Made by a program: the position numbers and the translations under genes
Part shown: piece after piece, positions 58,760-64,000 of the stretch
Layout: each line of letters begins with the position of its first letter
How positions within the stretch are numbered: position 1 is the first letter of the stretch
The notes under the pieces: model-generated
What the model was told of the DNA's origin: nothing
Seen by the model: only the letters and a program-made list of their open reading frames with translations
Database searches by the model: none
NCBI GenBank assembly: GCA_016931535.1
Contig: JAFGEP010000114.1
Location: 26,412 to 90,411 of the forward strand
DNA from: Bradymonadales bacterium
Lineage (GTDB): Bacteria > Myxococcota_A > Bradymonadia > JAFGEP01
Length of the DNA: 64,000 bases
Reading direction: 5' to 3'

Positions 58760-60202
58760 TCACCCCGCGGCCAGGGCGGCCTCCTCCTGTTTGGAGAGCG
58801 ACTCGAGGATGCCAGAGAGGATGGTCTCCAGCTCGGCGCGGGTCTCGGCATCCGCCTTTTTCCCCTTCTTGTGGATCCGCTTGAAGAGGCGGGCGAGCTG
58901 CTTGCGATCCGAGTCTTCGAGGTTGGCGACCAGCCCGGGGTTTTGGGGGTCGTGGTCGAGATGGACGGTTTCTCGCCGGGCGTGAGCCCAGTCGCGGATG
59001 GTGAGCCAGTGGAGTAGCGCCCGGTCCAGGACGATCCAGGGGAAGTTGGGGTTTTTATGGGGGCCGATGCGGACCAGCTTGTGTCCGGACAGGCTGCGCA
59101 GGACATTGCGGGGGCTGGCGAGGCGCCGGGAGGCGTAGCGGAGCGAGGTGGCGCCGCCGGCCAGGGCGCCGATCAGAGTTCCGGTCAAAAACGAGGTCCC
59201 TCCGACGGCTGCATCGATGGCTCCACCGGTGACGGCGCCGGCGGTGACGCCGGTCCACAGCAGCTGCCCGGCGGTCAGCCCCAGGATCTTCCAGCTGGCC
59301 TCGGCGAAGAGGTCGCGTTCCCAGACCGGGGGTTCGATGGCGGTCTCCTCGCGTTTCAGGTCGTCGTGCTTGTAGAGCTTCTCCACGAAGCGCCTGGCCT
59401 CGTGCTCCTGGTCGCGCAGAGCCTGGTGGAAGCGGGTGACGAGACGTTCGCCGTGGTCTGTCGTCACATCCTGTTCGGAGACGGTCTCCTCCAGGACGAA
59501 GGTCAGCTGGTCGAGCAGCAGATCCACGATGACGCGGGTCACGGCCTGGCGCCGCTGGCGCCAGTCGTTGACCAGGTGCTCGATGGCCTCGTCCAGCGGG
59601 GCCCGCCAGTCCTCGCGCAGCTCCCGCATCCCGCGCAGCAGGCGGATCCGCTCCACGAAGCCGACCTTGTGGGCGTCGAAGGCACGGACGATGCTGAAGA
59701 ACTGGTCCAGCTCCTGGTTCCACTCGGCGATGTGGTCCTTGTCGGAGATGGTGTTGATCAGCGCCATCCGCGGCTGGCCGGTCCACTGGAGGATCTCCAT
59801 CTCGGCCCGGTACTGGCGCCGGAAGGGCTGTGACCCGTCCACCACGTAGAGGATGCCGGCCCCCTGGATGACGGGGGAGAGCAGCTCGCACTCCTGCTCG
59901 AACTCACCCGAGCCGCGGCAGCCGGCGACCAGCTGCCCGACCGCCTGGCGGCGGCTGCTTCCGCCTTCCTCCAGCTGGCGCAGCCGGGATAAAAACTCGC
60001 GGGCCTGCTCGAAGCCGGGGGTGTCCACCAGGATGAAGAGATCCTGTCCGTCCACCGCGATGGGGTACTGGCGACAGGCCTGGGTGGTACCCGGGTAGGT
60101 GTCGATGGCCACCTCGGGGTCCTCGGCGAGTGTGGAAACGATGCTCGACTTGCCCTTGTTGACATGGCCGACGACGGCAAAGACCGGTGGTGGCTGGCTC
60201 AT
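58760..60202 (-). CDS. GTPase / DUF3482 domain protein
   Basis: AVVGHVNKGKSS, PGTT, DTPGFE, LYVVD, glycine-zipper GAVTGGAIDAAVGGTSFLTG. Confidence 0.85.
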   Translation of the reverse strand: MSQPPPVFAVVGHVNKGKSSIVSTLAEDPEVAIDTYPGTTQACRQYPIAVDGQDLFILVDTPGFEQAREFLSRLRQLEEGGSSRRQAVGQLVAGCRGSGEFEQECELLSPVIQGAGILYVVDGSQPFRRQYRAEMEILQWTGQPRMALINTISDKDHIAEWNQELDQFFSIVRAFDAHKVGFVERIRLLRGMRELREDWRAPLDEAIEHLVNDWRQRRQAVTRVIVDLLLDQLTFVLEETVSEQDVTTDHGERLVTRFHQALRDQEHEARRFVEKLYKHDDLKREETAIEPPVWERDLFAEASWKILGLTAGQLLWTGVTAGAVTGGAIDAAVGGTSFLTGTLIGALAGGATSLRYASRRLASPRNVLRSLSGHKLVRIGPHKNPNFPWIVLDRALLHWLTIRDWAHARRETVHLDHDPQNPGLVANLEDSDRKQLARLFKRIHKKGKKADAETRAELETILSGILESLSKQEEAALAAG

Positions 60203-61929
60203 GTGTCCTCCACCAGGCGCTCGACGCGGAGGTAGGGGTCGCCCAAGGCAGCGAGCTTGGTATGCCAGATGTGCCAGTCCTCCTCGCCGGGCGGGATCCA
60301 GGTGCCCGGTTCGCCACGGTCCGCCACCAGCGGTGGCTCGATCGGTCCTTCGCCCCCCGGTGGGCGTTCCTCCAGGCCGGAGGCGATCGGTTGGGCAGGT
60401 TCCTCTTTGCCCGATCGGCTGGCGGGAAGGGGGCTTCCCTGTGGTCTACCACCCGCCGGATGGGTGGGGGCTTGTGGTTCCTGCAGGTCGAACAGCCCGA
60501 CCACGAGGGGGAACTCGAGACCGACGCTTTCCCGCAGCTTTCTCAGGAACTTCATGAGCTCGCGGGTGGGTGGCTCGAACGACTCGGCCAACAGGAGGAT
60601 GACCTCGACCCCCTGGCGCTTGGCCTCCTGCAGACTCTGGCAGGCGAGGGAGTCGATCTCATGCTCCAGCACCCCAGCCTGGACCATCTGCTTCACCTCC
60701 CAGCCGAATCGTCCCTCGAGAAGCTCTTCCAGGATCTGGTGGGCAACCGGAATGTCGCCCCAGACGGCTACTGCCGCCGGGATGGCGGGCCACTGGTCGA
60801 GCCCCGCCTGGCCACCAGTCGGGCTCACGGTAGCCGGTATCGTCACCCCTCTCTCGGGCTCTCTGGCCCTGGTGGTCACTACCGGCAGGACCAGCCGTTC
60901 GTACAAGGCGTCGAAGTCGCCGTGGCGCAGAGAGACATGGCGAAGTGCAGAGCGAAACTTGAGGCGGGCCGTGATCCACAGCAGCAGCCGCGGCAGTAGC
61001 CCGTAGACCGCCAGACTGAGCAGTAAAAAGGCCCACCACCCTCCTACCAGGATGGGATCGGCCCCCTGCGCGGTCGGTCCGGCACCCAGGTAGCTGCCGT
61101 CCAGGCGAAAGTACCGGCTCGCCTCCACCATCTCGAGCGAGGGACTACCCTGGTCGAGAACCCAGGACCAGGGGGCGGCCACGATCGAGACCAGCGAATG
61201 GAACGCCTGGCTGTCCAGGTCGAGGGTCGTGCTCCAGGCGAAGGCGAGGTCGGAGAAGGCGATCAGGTAGAGGGAGGTGGCCAGCGCACCCAGGTTGAAG
61301 GCCAGGCCGAAGCGCTTTTGCAGCTCCAGTAGCAGCCATTTCTCGGCGGGAAGATGGACCCCGACCAGCGATCGGATCTGGCCCTGGGCGGCCAGCAAGT
61401 TCTGCCGCCGGTCGCCGGGTAGCTTCTGTAGTAGGCGTCTCGATCCTCGGCTCAACCGCTCGCCCAGCCAGCGTAGCAGGGAGTAGAAGCCGAACAGGCC
61501 GCCCTGACGCTCGCCTCTGCGCCAGATCAGCACGGTGGCGGGGAACAAAAGCAGCAACCCCAACTGGAGGAAGACGAACACGGCCAGGAAATGAACCACG
61601 TTGACCGGAGTCGTCCCGTCGAAGTGAAGGACCAGGGAGGCGGTGCTGCTCCCGCTGACCAGGCCTAAAATGGCCAGCACCCAGCCGATGGTGCGGTACG
61701 CCGACTCGATCTGGTGTCCTGGAAATAGCTCCGGCGTCGAAGAACGGCGGCGGTCGAGCCATCCCAAGAAGAGGCGGCGGCGGAAGGCCGGAGTGCCCGG
61801 CCTTTCGGTAGAAAGAGCGGGTACCAGCGTGCGCCCGAGCTCTCGGTCGCGCGACCGGAGCTCATCGGGTTGGCTCGATCGATCCAGCAGGCAGCCCATC
61901 TCGAGATCGATGAGGTCAGCGAGCTTCAC
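60199..61929 (-). CDS. DUF2868 domain membrane protein
   Basis: PVNV..FL, F.WSTTL, WWAFLL.....YGLLPRLLL, FEPPTRE...FLR; coupled to the DUF3482 GTPase. Confidence 0.8.
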   Translation of the reverse strand: MKLADLIDLEMGCLLDRSSQPDELRSRDRELGRTLVPALSTERPGTPAFRRRLFLGWLDRRRSSTPELFPGHQIESAYRTIGWVLAILGLVSGSSTASLVLHFDGTTPVNVVHFLAVFVFLQLGLLLLFPATVLIWRRGERQGGLFGFYSLLRWLGERLSRGSRRLLQKLPGDRRQNLLAAQGQIRSLVGVHLPAEKWLLLELQKRFGLAFNLGALATSLYLIAFSDLAFAWSTTLDLDSQAFHSLVSIVAAPWSWVLDQGSPSLEMVEASRYFRLDGSYLGAGPTAQGADPILVGGWWAFLLLSLAVYGLLPRLLLWITARLKFRSALRHVSLRHGDFDALYERLVLPVVTTRAREPERGVTIPATVSPTGGQAGLDQWPAIPAAVAVWGDIPVAHQILEELLEGRFGWEVKQMVQAGVLEHEIDSLACQSLQEAKRQGVEVILLLAESFEPPTRELMKFLRKLRESVGLEFPLVVGLFDLQEPQAPTHPAGGRPQGSPLPASRSGKEEPAQPIASGLEERPPGGEGPIEPPLVADRGEPGTWIPPGEEDWHIWHTKLAALGDPYLRVERLVEDT

Positions 61930-62030
61930 CGGTGTCCATCCTCCCGGTCGGCCGTCCGGAGCCTGTCGGGCTGGATCGATCGATCCGCCGAAGAGCCCCG
62001 CTTGAGATCGATGAGGTCAGCGAGCTTCAC
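61926..62030 (-). other. 34-codon upstream ORF that is a diverged duplicate of the DUF2868 gene 5' end
   Basis: Translates (M)KLADLIDLKRGSSADRSIQPDRLRTADREDGHR*; about 40-bp near-identical DNA repeat at 61903-61942 and 62004-62043. Confidence 0.75.
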
Positions 62031-62133
62031 CGCTGTCCATCCTTTGGTCACGTGGTTTCAGGAAGTGCCGAGCCGATGCGTTGGGCAATCCGGCTCGACG
62101 TCCATGAGGGTGTTGCGCCTCATGATTTCCTTT

Positions 62134-64000
62134 CTACGACGGCCGTCTCCGATTGGCCAGAAAACAGGCCAGCAGCATCAGGGCGATCCAGGGAGCCTGT
62201 GGGTTGCCTCTTGCCGGTACGGAACCACAATTGCATCCGTCATCTTGCGGTGGTTCCGTCCCGCCGGCCTGGTCCCCGCCGGCCTGGTCCCCGCCGGCCT
62301 GGTCTGTTGCTCCCCCCCGATCATCCTCCCCATCCACCTGGACGGTCGAATCTTCCCCTGCATCCGTCGGACTGTCCGGCGCCAGGTCCCCGGCATCGGG
62401 CAGTTCCGGGCCTCGGTCGCCGGCGTCGGGAGAACTGTCCGGGTAGGGATCCCAGTCGGCCTCGAACGGCTCCACCGGCACCTGGTCGGAGATGGGGATG
62501 TGGTAGTCGCTGCCGCCGTTGTTGTCCCAGGTGTTGTCGGGGTGACGGATGACGAAGTCCACCACGGTGACGTTCGATCCGGCGGTGAAAGGCCCGATGT
62601 CGGCCTGGTAGAAGCCGTCGCCATCGGGGCCGGTCAGCGGGGTTTCCACCGACTGGTCGTCCCCGAACGCCTCGCTACCGGCGGGCCAGTAGACCTCGTC
62701 GGGCTCCTGCCAGCCGTTGATGCCCCAGTGGAGCCAGCCGGCCTCGGGCGAGTAGACGGTCACCACGTCGTTCTTGGAGGGGTTGGTCGGCTCCCAGTGC
62801 ACCCCTTGGGGGGTGCCGCCGCCTCCTTCGCCGACGTAGACGTGCTGGATCGGGGATCGGGAGCTGTTGCCCTCGGTATCGGTGGCCTCTACGAAGTAGT
62901 CGAGCAGCACGTCGGAATAGCCGGTGACCTGGACGAAGTACAGGTCGGCGATAGCGGTGGGCAGGATGGAGGTATCGATCTGGGGGTTCGGGTAGGGTGG
63001 AGCGGCCGGGAAATCGCGGAAGGTCATGGGGTATCCCAGCCAGGAGCCGACGCCCGGTCCGCCGAAGAAGGTCTGGTTGTCATCGTCGGACAGCGGGTCG
63101 GAGCCGTCGTGATCCTCCCGGATCCACAGGGTGACGGTCTGGATATCGGAAAGGTCATAGGCGAAGGTCCAGACCCAGAAGTCACTGGAGGTGGTGGTCT
63201 CGCGATAGCCGTAGAGGGGCCCGGCGTTGATGCCGCCCGGGTTGTCGGGGTAGCGCTGGGGCAGCCAGACGGTCGGCCCGACCGGATCCTGGCCGCCGGC
63301 AAGGATCGGCTGGGCGCGGGCGATGGCTTCGTTGCAGGCCACCACCGGTTTGAGCTCCATGTCGAGCGAGCTGCCGTAGTACATGTAGCCGCTGTTGAGC
63401 GATCCCAGCAGGTAGTGCCAGGCGCGCTCCAGGGCGGTGGTCCCGTCGGTATCGGGGTGGAGCACTTTGGCCAGGTCGGGCGGTCCCGCCAGGGCGTCGG
63501 CGGTAAGGACGTGGTTGGTCGCCGCGGTGATGATGGCCCAGTTGCGCTCGTCCTCGGCCCAGCCGTTGGCCAGGTCGAACTGGCCGGAGCTGTTGACCAA
63601 CGGCCAGTTCCAGTTGAGAAAGCTGGGGGCGCCGAAATCTCCGTCGGCGTTGACCCAGGCGCCCGACTCCACGTGGACGATGTCGTCGACGGCGGGGGGG
63701 TGGTCGTCAAGGTACTGCTGGACCGTGGTGGGGGTGTAGCCGGCGGAGGAAGCGGCGTTCACCAGGTTGGGTGTGCACTCCATGTAGTAGCTGTAACCAC
63801 CGCCGAAGGCGTTATCGCCGTCATGGGCCAACAGGACCAGGATCGGCTGGGAGGTTTCATTGTAGGGGGCCAGGGCGTCCAGCGGTCCGAGGCCGAAGCA
63901 GGAGTAGCCGTCCTGCCAGGACTCGGACTGAGCGGCGGGTACGACGATGATGCGGGACTCGGCGCCGTTGTGGGGGTCCACGTATCGGGCGAAGTGGGGC
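62134..64000 (-). CDS. GH57/GH119-like amylolytic enzyme with starch-binding module and MYXO-CTERM-type tail (5' end outside window)
   Basis: LVLLAHDGDNAFGGG, HVESGAW; LHWGINGW...WDNNGG.DY; DDGCNC..WIALMLL..L.NRRR; frame open to the window edge. Confidence 0.7.
   Translation of the reverse strand, partial: PHFARYVDPHNGAESRIIVVPAAQSESWQDGYSCFGLGPLDALAPYNETSQPILVLLAHDGDNAFGGGYSYYMECTPNLVNAASSAGYTPTTVQQYLDDHPPAVDDIVHVESGAWVNADGDFGAPSFLNWNWPLVNSSGQFDLANGWAEDERNWAIITAATNHVLTADALAGPPDLAKVLHPDTDGTTALERAWHYLLGSLNSGYMYYGSSLDMELKPVVACNEAIARAQPILAGGQDPVGPTVWLPQRYPDNPGGINAGPLYGYRETTTSSDFWVWTFAYDLSDIQTVTLWIREDHDGSDPLSDDDNQTFFGGPGVGSWLGYPMTFRDFPAAPPYPNPQIDTSILPTAIADLYFVQVTGYSDVLLDYFVEATDTEGNSSRSPIQHVYVGEGGGGTPQGVHWEPTNPSKNDVVTVYSPEAGWLHWGINGWQEPDEVYWPAGSEAFGDDQSVETPLTGPDGDGFYQADIGPFTAGSNVTVVDFVIRHPDNTWDNNGGSDYHIPISDQVPVEPFEADWDPYPDSSPDAGDRGPELPDAGDLAPDSPTDAGEDSTVQVDGEDDRGGATDQAGGDQAGGDQAGGTEPPQDDGCNCGSVPARGNPQAPWIALMLLACFLANRRRPS
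62260..62304 (-). repeat. 15-bp coding repeat, three copies (DQAGG)
   Basis: cccgccggcctggtc three times in the linker before the sorting signal. Confidence 0.85.

Overview
GC-rich bacterial DNA, most likely Myxococcota or a close relative: two proteins end in MYXO-CTERM-type sorting tails, and there is a TIGR04551-like beta-barrel plus many Cys-rich lipoproteins. Ordinary content includes a MacA/MacB/TolC-type efflux operon with a divergent CpxRA-like two-component system, a CotH kinase, a PEBP protein, an MFS transporter, two Gfo/Idh/MocA proteins, a parvulin, a peroxiredoxin, a GH31 glucosidase, a ceramidase-like lipoprotein, a DUF2868/DUF3482-GTPase pair and a truncated GH57/GH119-like amylase. 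Two accessory systems stand out. (1) A dispersed candidate toxin set: an Afp15/Pvc15-like double-AAA ATPase, two DUF4157 (eCIS core) proteins with unrelated hydrophobic C-termini, and an RNase A-like toxin/immunity pair 40 kb away. All three candidate toxins share a gapless 19-residue N-terminal motif, [LM][AV][GN][ML]x4Qx3LxPxxPV, starting at residue 32, 32 and 36. This is a candidate loading or secretion signal; no sheath, tube or baseplate genes are present in the window. (2) A PhaR/PhaC polyhydroxyalkanoate locus joined to a gene string encoding a sodium:solute symporter, two paralogous lipoproteins, a hydrolase and an outer-membrane barrel. Several unrelated repeat families occur (6-mer and 7-mer microsatellites, REP-like arrays, a 26-bp inverted-repeat MITE-like element). 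No rRNA, tRNA, CRISPR array or transposase was recognised. All family assignments are by-eye motif recognition, not database searches.
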